Shown: piece after piece, positions 8,221 through 18,021 of the stretch | How the letters are laid out: each line of letters begins with the position of its first letter | Numbering within the stretch: the stretch's first letter is position 1 | NCBI GenBank assembly: GCA_035495555.1 | Contig: DATJFQ010000022.1 | Coordinates: 61,273 to 125,272 of the forward strand | Source: Vicinamibacterales bacterium | Lineage (GTDB): Bacteria; Acidobacteriota; Vicinamibacteria; Vicinamibacterales; 2-12-FULL-66-21 | Length of the DNA stretch: 64,000 nucleotides | Reading direction: 5' to 3' | Made by a program: the position numbers and the translations under genes | The notes under the pieces: model-generated | The model's input: the letters and a program-made list of their open reading frames with translations, nothing else | Told to the model about the DNA's origin: nothing | Database searches by the model: none

Positions 8221-10644
8221 TTGTCGACGAGCGCCCTCTCCCGGCGGCTGAGCGAGTTCGCAGGTGTCGCGCTGTTTGCCGCCGCGCTCATCTGGTTCAT
8301 TTCGCTCGCCAGCTACAGTGCGTCCGACCCGGTGTGGTTCTTCAACACCGGCTCCGATCTCGCGCCGGCCAACTTCGCGGGCCGCGTCGGCGCGTTCCTC
8401 GCGGAGCTGTCGTTTCAGGTGTTCGGCTACGCGGCGTACCTGATTCCCGCGATTATGGCGGTCATCGGCTGGCATTATTTCTGGTGCCGCGTCGTGGATG
8501 CGGCTTACACGAAAATCCTCGGCGCCATTCTGCTCTTCAGTTGCGCTGCGGCGTTCCTGGCGCTGGCCTTTGGCGCCGCCGGCGCGGGCGGCAAGGATTT
8601 CCGGCCCGGCGGGGTCGTGGGCGATCGCCTCGCCAGCCTGTTGTCGGCATACCTGAACCGCACCGGATCGATCATCCTGATCCTGACGCTGCTGTTCCTC
8701 GCCGTGATTCTGTCGACGCAGTTCTCCTTCGGCAGGCTCTTCGGCGCCCTGTTCCAGCTCGCCCACGATCGCTGGACGACGATCCTGGCCGCGATGCGGG
8801 AACGGCGGGAAGAGAAGCGCCGCGACAAGCAGCGCCAGGAAGTGCTCAGGAAGCACCTCGGCAAAGACGGCAAGGATCCGAAGCCGGGCAAAGACACCAG
8901 GGAGCCGCAGATCGAACGCGCCGCGCGGGAGAAGGCGATCGCGGTGGCCAATGTCGAGAGCGCTCCCCGCGCGGCTCGCGAAGCGGAAGAATCGACGGCT
9001 GAGCCGCCGAGGAAAGCGTCGAAGACGGCTGCCATGGTCAACGCGGCTGCCGCGGCGTTGAAAGCCGCGTCGTCGAGGCCGACGCCTCCGCCGCCCATCA
9101 AGCGGCCGCCACCCGTCGCCGCGGCTCCGACGCTGCCGCTCTCCGAGCCCGAGAAGGCGCCCATCGAACGGCGGAAGGGCGCGTTCACGCTGCCGCCGCT
9201 GGCGCTCCTCGATGCCGCCAAGGGGGAGCGCAAGATCGACGAGCGCGAACTGATGGAGGGCGCCCGTCTCCTCGAGGAGAAGTGCCGCGAGTTCTCCGTC
9301 GAGGGCACCGTCGTCCAGATCCACCCGGGTCCGGTGGTGACGACCTACGAATTCAAGCCCGACGCGGGCGTGAAGTACAGCAAGATCACGGGCCTTGCCG
9401 ACGATCTCTGTCTGGCGATGCAGGCGGAGTCCGTCATCATCGACCGCATACCCGGCAAATCGACGGTGGGCATTCAGATTCCGAATCCCCATCGTGAAGC
9501 GATTTCGCTGCGCGAGCTGCTCGAGTCGGACGCCTACAAGCGCTCGCATTCGAAGCTGACGATCGCGCTCGGGAAAACGATCCACGGCGAACCGTTCGTC
9601 AGCGATCTCGCGACGATGCCGCACCTGCTCATCGCGGGCTCAACGGGCGCGGGCAAGTCGGTCAGCGTCAACGCGATGATCACGAGCATCCTGATGCGCG
9701 CGACGCCGGACGACGTGCGATTCATCATGGTCGATCCCAAGCGCCTGGAGCTGGGGATGTACGAAGACATCCCGCACCTCCTCACGCCCGTGGTGATGGA
9801 CCCGAAGCTGGCGTCGAACGCGCTGCGGTGGGCCGTCCGCGAGATGGAAGAGCGCTACAAGATCCTCGCCGCGTTCGGCGTCCGCAACATCGAGCAGTAC
9901 AACCGCAACGTCCGGGCGATGCAGGAGGAGAAGAAAGGCGAGCCGCTCCTCGACGACAAAGGCAACGAGATCAAGCCGCTCCCGTTCATCGTCGTGCTGA
10001 TCGACGAGCTGGCGGACCTGATGATGGTGGCCGGCAACGAAGTCGAAGAGTCGATCGCGCGACTGGCCCAGATGGCGCGCGCGATCGGCATTCATCTCGT
10101 GCTCGCCACGCAGCGTCCGTCGGTCGACGTCATCACCGGCCTGATCAAAGCGAACCTCCCCGCCCGCATCTCGTTTCGGGTCTCGTCGAAGATCGATTCC
10201 CGCACGATCCTCGACGGCAACGGCGCCGAGCAACTGCTTGGCAAGGGGGACATGCTGTATCTGCCGCCCGCGTCCTCCCGCTTCCTGCGGCTGCACGGCC
10301 CGTACATCTCGGAACAGGAAAGCGCCCGGCTCGCGAGCTTTCTGCGGAAGCAGGCCAAACCCTCGTACGACACCACGATCACGGCGGACGAGAAGGGCGG
10401 GCAGGAAGCGATGCAGTTCGAGAAGGACGACTTGTACGACGAAGCCGCCCGGATCGTCGTGTCGAGCGGACAGGCATCGATCTCGTATCTGCAGCGGCGC
10501 CTCCGGATTGGATTCAGCCGCGCCGCGCGGCTGGTCGACATGATGGAAATGGACGGCCTCGTGTCCCCCGCCGCGGGCGGGAAGGCCCGCGAGGTCCTCG
10601 TGAAGAAGGACTATTTCGACGAAGTCGACGCCCAGCTTCGATAG
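8221..10644 (+). CDS. ftsK: DNA translocase FtsK
   Basis: N-terminal TM helices, a K/E/P-rich linker, a motor domain (MPHLLIAGSTGAGKSVSVNAMI, VVLIDELADLMM) and a C-terminal gamma domain (SISYLQRRLRIGFSRAARLVDMME). TTG start at 8221, just after the rnj stop. The ORF-track extension back to 6988 overlaps rnj. Confidence 0.9.
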   Translation: MSTSALSRRLSEFAGVALFAAALIWFISLASYSASDPVWFFNTGSDLAPANFAGRVGAFLAELSFQVFGYAAYLIPAIMAVIGWHYFWCRVVDAAYTKILGAILLFSCAAAFLALAFGAAGAGGKDFRPGGVVGDRLASLLSAYLNRTGSIILILTLLFLAVILSTQFSFGRLFGALFQLAHDRWTTILAAMRERREEKRRDKQRQEVLRKHLGKDGKDPKPGKDTREPQIERAAREKAIAVANVESAPRAAREAEESTAEPPRKASKTAAMVNAAAAALKAASSRPTPPPPIKRPPPVAAAPTLPLSEPEKAPIERRKGAFTLPPLALLDAAKGERKIDERELMEGARLLEEKCREFSVEGTVVQIHPGPVVTTYEFKPDAGVKYSKITGLADDLCLAMQAESVIIDRIPGKSTVGIQIPNPHREAISLRELLESDAYKRSHSKLTIALGKTIHGEPFVSDLATMPHLLIAGSTGAGKSVSVNAMITSILMRATPDDVRFIMVDPKRLELGMYEDIPHLLTPVVMDPKLASNALRWAVREMEERYKILAAFGVRNIEQYNRNVRAMQEEKKGEPLLDDKGNEIKPLPFIVVLIDELADLMMVAGNEVEESIARLAQMARAIGIHLVLATQRPSVDVITGLIKANLPARISFRVSSKIDSRTILDGNGAEQLLGKGDMLYLPPASSRFLRLHGPYISEQESARLASFLRKQAKPSYDTTITADEKGGQEAMQFEKDDLYDEAARIVVSSGQASISYLQRRLRIGFSRAARLVDMMEMDGLVSPAAGGKAREVLVKKDYFDEVDAQLR

Positions 10645-10653
10645 GCGGTCCCT

Positions 10654-12468
10654 ATGAAACACTCGATTCTGACTCTCGCGCTCGCGTTCGGCCTGCTTGC
10701 CGCGCCTCCGGCATTTGCCGCGAACAGCGCGCGCGACATGTACAACCGCGCGCAAGGTGAGGAGCACGCCGTTCGATCGGCGTCCAGCCCGTCACAAGCG
10801 GCGGTGCGGCGTGTGGTCGCCGCGTACGAACGCATCGTCCTGAAATATCCGGCGAGCGGGTACAGCGATAACGCACTCTGGCAGGCCGCCAATCTGTCCC
10901 TGCTCGCCTATCAGCGTTTCGGCGATGAGGCGGACCGGGACAAAGCGCACAAGCTGTTTGCGGCGCTCAGGTCGCAGTACCCGTCGAGTAAGTTCGCGAA
11001 GAGCGCGAGAGCCGCCGATGCGGCCGCCGTTGGGGATGCGGACTCGACCCCCGCGTCCCCTGCGGACGCGGAATCCACGGATGCCGATCGGACGGCGGCG
11101 CCGGCCATCGGCGCCGCGCAGACATCAGCCGATACGAAGGGCGCTACCGCCACTACAGGGAAGAAGGAATCCCGGCCGGTCCCTGGCACCGTCCTGCTCA
11201 AGGACATTCACCGCACGCTCATGCCCGATGGCGTCCGGATCACGATCGATCTCGGGAGCGAAGTGTCCTACCACCAGGAAGAAGTGGACAACCCGAAGCG
11301 CGTGTTCTTCGATCTGAAGGGCGTCAGCGCCGCGAGTTCGCTGCAGGACACAGCGCTGAAGTTCGACGACGACGTCGTGCGCGAGATTCGGCTGGGCCGC
11401 CATCCCCAGAACACAACCCGGGTCGTCATGGATCTCGAAGGCATCGACGCCTACAACGTGTATCCGATGTACGCGCCATACCGGCTCGTCATCGACTTCA
11501 AGCGATCCGCGACGGCGAAGGCGACGGGGACGGTCCCGCCGCCGCTCGTGGCATCGCTCCCCGCTCCGCAGCCGCCGACCGAATCGAACCCGGCCCCGCT
11601 GGCCGCGCCCGCCGCGCCGCCGGCGCCCAAGCCCGACGTGAAGGCCGCAAAAACGGATGCCAGGGCCACCCTGCCGTCGAAACCGGCAGCCAGCGTCGCG
11701 GTCGCGCCTCCCGCCGCGAACTCGAACGGCAAGTTCTCGCTCTCGCGGCAGCTCGGCCTCGGTGTTTCGCGCATTGTCATCGACGCCGGCCACGGTGGCC
11801 ACGATCCCGGCGCACAGGGTAACGGCATCAACGAATCGGAGCTGACGCTCGACATCGCGCAGCGGCTGGAGAAGCTGCTCGACAAGCAGCCAGGCGTCGA
11901 TGTGGTGATGACGCGCGATACCGACGTCTTTATCCCGCTCCAGGAACGCACCGCGATCGCGAACCGCGAAGGCGCCGATTTGTTCCTGTCCATTCACGCG
12001 AACGCCAGCCGCAGTCCGGCCGCGCGCGGCATCGAGACGTACTTCCTGAACTTCGCGACGAATCCGGAAGCCGAAGCCGTCGCGGCGCGCGAGAACGCGG
12101 GTTCCGCCCAGTCGATGCACAACCTGCCGGACATCGTGAAAGCGATCGCGCTCAACAACAAGATCAACGAGTCGCGCGACTTCGCCGAGACGGTTCAGAA
12201 GTCGATGGTGCGCCGGCTGAAAACGAAAAACAAGACGCTGCGGGACCTCGGCGTGAAGCAGGCGCCGTTCGTCGTGCTCATCGGCGCCGGGATGCCCAGC
12301 GTGCTCGCCGAGATGTCGTTCCTGACGAACAAGCAGGAAGGTGCGCTGCTCAAGACCGGCGCGTACCGGCAGCAGATTGCTCAGGCGTTGTTCGACGCCG
12401 TGGTGTCGTACCAACAGGCATTGAAGAAGCAGACGACCGTGACGGCGAAGAAAGCCACTGAGTTCTAA
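10654..12468 (+). CDS. N-acetylmuramoyl-L-alanine amidase with N-terminal TPR-like and AMIN domains
   Basis: Signal peptide, then an AMIN-like segment (VRITIDLGSEVSYHQEEVDNPKRVFFDLKGV), a Pro/Ala linker and an Amidase_3 core (IVIDAGHGGHDPGA...DLFLSIHANA...GIETYF). Confidence 0.9.
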   Translation: MKHSILTLALAFGLLAAPPAFAANSARDMYNRAQGEEHAVRSASSPSQAAVRRVVAAYERIVLKYPASGYSDNALWQAANLSLLAYQRFGDEADRDKAHKLFAALRSQYPSSKFAKSARAADAAAVGDADSTPASPADAESTDADRTAAPAIGAAQTSADTKGATATTGKKESRPVPGTVLLKDIHRTLMPDGVRITIDLGSEVSYHQEEVDNPKRVFFDLKGVSAASSLQDTALKFDDDVVREIRLGRHPQNTTRVVMDLEGIDAYNVYPMYAPYRLVIDFKRSATAKATGTVPPPLVASLPAPQPPTESNPAPLAAPAAPPAPKPDVKAAKTDARATLPSKPAASVAVAPPAANSNGKFSLSRQLGLGVSRIVIDAGHGGHDPGAQGNGINESELTLDIAQRLEKLLDKQPGVDVVMTRDTDVFIPLQERTAIANREGADLFLSIHANASRSPAARGIETYFLNFATNPEAEAVAARENAGSAQSMHNLPDIVKAIALNNKINESRDFAETVQKSMVRRLKTKNKTLRDLGVKQAPFVVLIGAGMPSVLAEMSFLTNKQEGALLKTGAYRQQIAQALFDAVVSYQQALKKQTTVTAKKATEF

Positions 12469-12477
12469 ATTCCGGCT

Positions 12478-12512
12478 CAATCACCAATCACCAATCATCA
12501 ATCTACAATGGT
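12478..12512. repeat. tandem heptamer array, 5 x CAATCAN (degenerating)
   Basis: Read directly: caatcac caatcac caatcat caatcta caatggt. A TACAAT hexamer (12504-12509) is embedded in it. Confidence 0.85.
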
Positions 12513-12515
12513 GAG

Positions 12516-12752
12516 GTGCTCCAGCAACACGGCCCGATCATCGTTCAGGTCGTCGAACAGCCGGTCAAGCAAACCTCTTACGGCGACGTCATCCTTGGCG
12601 CCATCGGGGTTGTGGGCGTCGGCCTGGTGCTGGCCGCGGTGCTCGGCGCGATCCTCGGCGGGATTCTGATCCTCATCAAGCGCTGGCGCGCGCAGCACGG
12701 CTACGAGCCGGATCCAGTCGCCGAGAACCCCTACCGTATCTCGCCGTTCTGA
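12516..12752 (+). CDS. small membrane protein (one TM helix), hypothetical
   Basis: 78-aa ORF with a GTG start and a clear TM segment VILGAIGVVGVGLVLAAVLGAILGGILILI. High GC3. Confidence 0.5.
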   Translation: MLQQHGPIIVQVVEQPVKQTSYGDVILGAIGVVGVGLVLAAVLGAILGGILILIKRWRAQHGYEPDPVAENPYRISPF

Positions 12753-12774
12753 AGCCCGCCCGACCGGCTGCGTT

Positions 12775-14289
12775 TCATTTCATTCTGAACGCGAGCTCCG
12801 CGAGCGTTCGGACGGCCACGCCGGTTGCGCCTTTCGGCTGGTACGGCTTCCCGTCTTCGGCCCACGCCGTGCCAGCGATGTCGAGATGACACCAGGGCCG
12901 ATCACCGGCGAACTCCTTCAGGAAGATCGCGGCGGTGCACGCGCCGGCCGGCCGGCCGCCCGAGTTCATCATGTCGGCGACCTCGCTCCGGATTTGATCG
13001 CTGTACTCCTCGTAGAGCGGCAGCGGCCACGCGCGGTCGCCTGCGACTGCCGCCGCGTCGCCCACCGTATCGCGCCACGCGTCCGGCGTGCCGAACAGCC
13101 CTGACGCCGCTTTTCCAAGCGCCACCACGCATGCGCCGGTAAGCGTGGCGACGTCGACCAGATGCGTCGCGCCGCGCTGCTGCGCGTACCACAGGCCGTC
13201 GCCCAGAATCAGGCGTCCTTCCGCGTCGGTATTGATCACTTCCACGGTTTTGCCGCTCGCGCCCGTCAGCACGTCGCCAGGCTTGATCGCCCGCCCGCCC
13301 GGCATGTTCTCCGTCGTCGGGACGACGGCAACGACGCGGATGGGCGCACGGAGGAGAGCAATCGCGCGCATCGCACAGATGACCGCGGCACCCCCTGCCA
13401 TGTCGTCTTTCATCCGTTCCATGCCGTCGGCGGGTTTGATCGAGATGCCGCCCGTGTCGAAGGTGATGCCCTTTCCCACGAGCCCGAGCACCGGCGCGGC
13501 CGGCGCGCCGGGCGGCTCGTGACGCAGCACGATCAGCCGCGGCGGCTCGGCGCTGCCGCGAGCCACGCCGAGGAGCAGCCCCATTTTCAGGCCCGCGATC
13601 GCGTGCTCGTCGAGGATCTCCACGCCAAGCCCGGCGGCGCGCGCGATCTGCGCCGCGCGATCCGCGAACACGCGCGGCGTGAGCACGTTCGAAGGCTCGT
13701 CGCAGAGGCGCTTGGCGATGTTGACCGATTCGCCCATCACCGTGCCGCGCTCGACGGCGGCGACCAGCGCGCTCGAATGCGGCGCCGGCACCACGACGAC
13801 AATCTCTGTCGGCGGGGCGCCACCGCGGTCGCCCGTCTTGTACAACCCGGCTTCGTAGGCGCCGGTCATGAGCCCTTCCGCCGCGGCCTGTGCGGCCTGC
13901 GCGTCGGTAATCCCCGACACCTCCTCCGCGTGCCGCACGAGGAACGCAATGCGGGTCAGCCTGCGCTGGCGCGCTGCGAGCGCTGCGGTCGCGGCGATGC
14001 GACGGAGGCGCTCGAGGTCGAACGACGCGGGCTTGCCCGCGCCGACGATTGCGATGCGGCGCGCCTTCCAGTCGCGCACGAGCGGGGTGACAAACAATTC
14101 GTACGGGCGCCCGGCGAGTTCGCCCGATTGCAGCGCCCGTGTGATCTCCCCGCCGGCCGCGACATCGAGTCCGTCAACGGGGGCGCGCGCCTCCCCTTCG
14201 AATATCGGAATGACGAACAACTCGGTTTCAATCGCCGGCGGCGCATCGACACTCAGCCGTACTAGAGACGCAGACACAGGAACGGACAT
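12775..14289 (-). CDS. pepA: leucyl aminopeptidase (M17)
   Basis: M17 signatures VGKGITFDTGGISIKP and NTDAEGRLILGD. Confidence 0.93.
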   Translation of the reverse strand: MSVPVSASLVRLSVDAPPAIETELFVIPIFEGEARAPVDGLDVAAGGEITRALQSGELAGRPYELFVTPLVRDWKARRIAIVGAGKPASFDLERLRRIAATAALAARQRRLTRIAFLVRHAEEVSGITDAQAAQAAAEGLMTGAYEAGLYKTGDRGGAPPTEIVVVVPAPHSSALVAAVERGTVMGESVNIAKRLCDEPSNVLTPRVFADRAAQIARAAGLGVEILDEHAIAGLKMGLLLGVARGSAEPPRLIVLRHEPPGAPAAPVLGLVGKGITFDTGGISIKPADGMERMKDDMAGGAAVICAMRAIALLRAPIRVVAVVPTTENMPGGRAIKPGDVLTGASGKTVEVINTDAEGRLILGDGLWYAQQRGATHLVDVATLTGACVVALGKAASGLFGTPDAWRDTVGDAAAVAGDRAWPLPLYEEYSDQIRSEVADMMNSGGRPAGACTAAIFLKEFAGDRPWCHLDIAGTAWAEDGKPYQPKGATGVAVRTLAELAFRMK

Positions 14290-14313
14290 GAGGCGAAATT
14301 ATAGTCTGCTAAG

Positions 14314-14784
14314 ATGGCAGGAGCCCGTCTCCTGGGGAACGCCATGAAGAAGTACTCTCTGCCGCTCGTGATCGCCTTCACACTCTCCGCGGCTGCGGTG
14401 GTGTCCGCTGGCGCCGACAAGAATTCCGACAAGGCCAAGAAACCCTCGCTCAAGGTGAAGGCCTCTCCCGCGATTGCGTTCTCTCCCGCCAGGGTCGTCC
14501 TGACAGGCGATCTGAGCGGCGGGAACAGCGACAACGAACAGTTGTACTGTGCGGCCATCGAGTGGCAGTGGGGCGACGGCACCAAGTCGGATCAGAAAGC
14601 CGACTGCGATCCGTACGTCGCCGGCAAGAGCGAGGTCAAGCGCCACTTCGTCGTCGATCGGGTGTTCGACACGTCGGGCGATTATCACGTGACGCTGACC
14701 TTGAAGCAGAAGGACAAGGTCGTGGCGATCGGCAGCACGCTCGTCAAGATCAGACCCGGTCTGCGGGACGGCGGCGGGATTTAG
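14314..14784 (+). CDS. secreted beta-sandwich (PKD-like) hypothetical protein
   Basis: Signal-like KKYSLPLVIAFTLSAAAVVSAGA and a PKD-like WQWGDGT...GDYHVTLTL. The start is either ATG 14314 (leaderless, TATAGT 8 nt upstream) or ATG 14344. Confidence 0.65.
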   Translation: MAGARLLGNAMKKYSLPLVIAFTLSAAAVVSAGADKNSDKAKKPSLKVKASPAIAFSPARVVLTGDLSGGNSDNEQLYCAAIEWQWGDGTKSDQKADCDPYVAGKSEVKRHFVVDRVFDTSGDYHVTLTLKQKDKVVAIGSTLVKIRPGLRDGGGI

Positions 14785-14796
14785 AGGGATCAAGAA

Positions 14797-14866
14797 AACT
14801 CCCAATTCCCAACTCCCAATTAAGTCTCAATGCGCGTTGGGAATTGGGAGTTGGGAATTGGGAGTT
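14797..14866. terminator. perfect 25-bp inverted repeat built from TTGGGAN heptamers; likely terminator between convergent genes
   Basis: aactcccaattcccaactcccaatt (14797-14821), a 20-nt loop, then aattgggagttgggaattgggagtt (14842-14866). On the minus strand the hairpin is followed by TTTTCTTG, downstream of the thiolase gene. Confidence 0.6.
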
Positions 14867-14879
14867 GACGTCGCCAGCG

Positions 14880-16058
14880 TCAGACCTCTATCACCATTGC
14901 CGTTCCCATCCCGCCGCCGATGCAGAGCGATGCGGCGCCCCGGCCGCCGCCACGGGCGAGCAGGGTGTGGACCAGCGTGACCAGCACGCGGGCACCGCTC
15001 GCGCCGATCGGGTGGCCGAGCGCGATCGCGCCGCCGTGGGCATTGACCTTCGAGGGATCCAGCTTCAACTCACGGACGACCGCGAGCGATTGCGACGCGA
15101 ACGCCTCGTTCAGCTCGATCGCGTCGAGCGCCTCGAGCGTCACCTGTGCGCGCTCGGCGGCGCGGCGAAGCGCTTCGACCGGGCCCATCCCCATAATCAT
15201 CGGGTCGATCCCGACGGTGCAGTACGACAGAATCCGCGCAAGCGGCGTTCGGCCGTTCTTCGTCGCCCACGATTCCGTCGACACGACGAGCGCGGCCGCG
15301 CCGTCGTTGATCCCCGATGCGTTCCCGGCGGTGACGCTACCCTCCTTCGTGAATGCCGGCTTCAGGACCGCCAGCTTCGCGGCGGTCGTTCCGGGACGCG
15401 GATATTCGTCTCTGGTCACCTTCAGCGTCGGGCCTTTGCGCTGAGGGACCTCGACCGGCACGATCTCCGTGTCGAACACGCCTGAATTGACGGCGCGTTC
15501 GGCGCGCGCCTGACTTTCCGCCGCGAACGCGTCCTGATCGGTCCGCGAGACGTTGTAGCGTTTCGCCACTTCCTCCGCTGTCATCCCCATATGGCACCGG
15601 TTCAGCGCACACGTCAGCCCTTCGCTGAGCATCGAGTCGATGACCTCGCCATTGCCCATCCGGTACCCCCAACGCGCGCCCCTCAGCACGTACGGCGCGT
15701 TGCTCATCGACTCGGTTCCCCCCGCGAGCATCAGGTCGATGTAGCCAGCCTTCACGGCTTCCACCGCGTGCACGACGGCCTGCAAGCCGGATCCGCATAC
15801 GCGATTGACGGTCTCGCCCGGGACTTCCACCGGGACCCCGGCCGTGATCGCGGCCTGGCGCGCGACGTTCATGCCGGCGCCGGCCTGCAGCACGCAGCCC
15901 ATCACGACGTCGCCGATATCAGCCGCCTTGACGTCCGCGCGCGCGATCGCTTCGCGAATGACGACGGCGCCGAGATCCACCGCGGTCAGGTCCTTGAACA
16001 CGCCGCCGAACGAGCCAATCGGCGTGCGGCAGGCAGAGAGAATGACGGCATTTTCCAT
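14880..16058 (-). CDS. acetyl-CoA C-acetyltransferase (thiolase II)
   Basis: [19 protein letters not shown]..., active-site regions [10 protein letters not shown] and [17 protein letters not shown], and CIGGGMG. Confidence 0.93.
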   Translation of the reverse strand: MENAVILSACRTPIGSFGGVFKDLTAVDLGAVVIREAIARADVKAADIGDVVMGCVLQAGAGMNVARQAAITAGVPVEVPGETVNRVCGSGLQAVVHAVEAVKAGYIDLMLAGGTESMSNAPYVLRGARWGYRMGNGEVIDSMLSEGLTCALNRCHMGMTAEEVAKRYNVSRTDQDAFAAESQARAERAVNSGVFDTEIVPVEVPQRKGPTLKVTRDEYPRPGTTAAKLAVLKPAFTKEGSVTAGNASGINDGAAALVVSTESWATKNGRTPLARILSYCTVGIDPMIMGMGPVEALRRAAERAQVTLEALDAIELNEAFASQSLAVVRELKLDPSKVNAHGGAIALGHPIGASGARVLVTLVHTLLARGGGRGAASLCIGGGMGTAMVIEV

Positions 16059-16059
16059 A

Positions 16060-18021
16060 TCAGGTCGAAAGCTCCGGTCTGTGGCTGAATTGTTCGAGCG
16101 CTTCCGGGTTGGCCAGCGCTTCCCTGTTCTTCACCTCGCGTCCGTGGACGACGTCGCGCACGGCCAGCTCGACGATCTTGCCGCTCCGGGTCCGCGGAAT
16201 GTCCGTGACCTGCACGATGCGCGCCGGCACATGACGCGGCGTGGTATTCGCGCGGATGTGCCTTCGGATGCGCTCACGGAACTCATCGTCCAGTGATGCG
16301 TCCCCCCGCAGGCGGACGAACAGGACAATGCGCTCGTCGCCGTGCCATTGCTGCCCGATCGCCAGGCTCTCGACGATCTCCGGAAGCTGTTCGACCTGCC
16401 GGTAGATCTCGGCGGTGCCGATCCGGACGCCGCCGGGATTGAGGACGGCGTCGGAGCGGCCGTAGATGATCACGCCGTTGTGCGCGGTCAGCTCGACGTA
16501 GTCGCCGTGCGTCCAGACGCCCCGGAACCGGTCGAAATACGCGGCGTGATACTTCCGGCCGTCAGGGTCGTTCCAGAATTCGACCGGCATCGAGGGGAAC
16601 GGCTGCGTGCACACGAGCTCCCCTTTCCGCCCGCGCACCGGCTGTCCGTGCTCGTCGTACACCTGGACGTTCATGCCGAGCGCTCTCGCCTGGATCTCGC
16701 CGCGCCAGACCGGCGCCGCGGGATTGCCGCCCACGAAGCAACTGATGATGTCCGTGCCTCCCGAAATGGACGCGAGGTGGATGTCGTGCTTGATGCCGCT
16801 GTAGACGAAATCGAACGCGTCGGGTGCCAGCGGCGATCCCGTCGACGTCATGGTTCGGAGCGACGCCAGCGAATGCGTCCGGATCGGGCGCATGCCCGCC
16901 TTTGCGACGGCATCGATGAATTTCGCGGATGTGCCGAACAGCGTCATGTGCGTCTGATCCGCCACATCGAACAGGACCGCGCCGTCGCGGTGCATCGGCG
17001 ATCCGTCGTACAGCACGATGGCCGCAGACGAGGCGAGCACCGACACCAGCCAGTTCCACATCATCCAGCCGCACGTCGTGAAGTAGAACACGCGGTCGTC
17101 CCGCTTGACGTCGCAGTGGAGCTGATGCTCCTTGAGGTGCTGGATCAGGGTGCCGCCCGCCCCGTGCACGATGCACTTGGGCACACCGGTCGTGCCGGAG
17201 GAATAAAGGATATAAAGCGGGTGGTTGAACGGCAGCGGCTCGCATTCCAGGGGGGCACCCCTGTGCGGCGCGACAAAGGCCTCCCACGACGTCGCTCCCG
17301 CGACATCCATGCCGCTGCCGCAGTCTGCGGCATCCGCGTGCGGGATGACGATGACGCGTCGCAGTGACGGGAGTGCCGGGACGATCGCGCGCGTCCGGTC
17401 AGTGCACGTGAACGGCCGGCCGCCGTAGTAATAGCCGTTCGCGCACACCAGAAGGCGGGGTTCGATTTGCCCGAACCGGTCGAGCACGCCCTGCACGCCG
17501 AAGTCGGGTGAGCACGACGACCAGACCGCCCCCACGGCGGCGGCGCCCAGCGCCGCGATCACCGTTTCGGCGATATTGGGAACGAAGCCCGCGACGCGAT
17601 CGCCGCGGCCGATGCCGCACGTCCGGAGCGCCCGTGCGAACGCCGCGGTTTCGCGGCGCAGCTCGGCCCAGGACCACGTGTGGAACGTCCCGCGTTCGTC
17701 CGTTGCGATGATCGCCGCCGCATCGTCCGTTCGCACGAGCGCGTTTTCCGCGAAGTTGAGTGTCGCGTCCGGAAAGAAGTGCGCGCCCGGCCGCATCTCG
17801 AAGGGCCGATCGGCGACGCGCGCGGTCCGCGTGCCGCGAATGCCAAAGAACTCCCAGCTCTCGGACCAGAAGCGTTCCGGGTCGCGCAGGCTCCAGTGGT
17901 AGAGATCTTCGTAGCCACCGAGATCCCGGATACCGGCGGCCTCCAGGTGCTCGCGGAATCGCGTCATCGTTGCGGCGGCAATTCGCTGCGGAGAGGGCAC
18001 CCAGAGCGGCTGGCCGCTCAT
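16060..18021 (-). CDS. acetoacetyl-CoA synthetase (acetoacetate-CoA ligase)
   Basis: AMP-binding motif [20 protein letters not shown]-type N-terminus ([17 protein letters not shown]...[23 protein letters not shown]) and C-terminus [15 protein letters not shown]. Confidence 0.88.
   Translation of the reverse strand: MSGQPLWVPSPQRIAAATMTRFREHLEAAGIRDLGGYEDLYHWSLRDPERFWSESWEFFGIRGTRTARVADRPFEMRPGAHFFPDATLNFAENALVRTDDAAAIIATDERGTFHTWSWAELRRETAAFARALRTCGIGRGDRVAGFVPNIAETVIAALGAAAVGAVWSSCSPDFGVQGVLDRFGQIEPRLLVCANGYYYGGRPFTCTDRTRAIVPALPSLRRVIVIPHADAADCGSGMDVAGATSWEAFVAPHRGAPLECEPLPFNHPLYILYSSGTTGVPKCIVHGAGGTLIQHLKEHQLHCDVKRDDRVFYFTTCGWMMWNWLVSVLASSAAIVLYDGSPMHRDGAVLFDVADQTHMTLFGTSAKFIDAVAKAGMRPIRTHSLASLRTMTSTGSPLAPDAFDFVYSGIKHDIHLASISGGTDIISCFVGGNPAAPVWRGEIQARALGMNVQVYDEHGQPVRGRKGELVCTQPFPSMPVEFWNDPDGRKYHAAYFDRFRGVWTHGDYVELTAHNGVIIYGRSDAVLNPGGVRIGTAEIYRQVEQLPEIVESLAIGQQWHGDERIVLFVRLRGDASLDDEFRERIRRHIRANTTPRHVPARIVQVTDIPRTRSGKIVELAVRDVVHGREVKNREALANPEALEQFSHRPELST

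Noticed and set aside
11185-11199. TGGCACCGTCCTGCT, another -24/-12 look-alike.
   Set aside because: It lies inside the amidase coding region, the spacing is again one nt short, and no gene lies downstream to serve.
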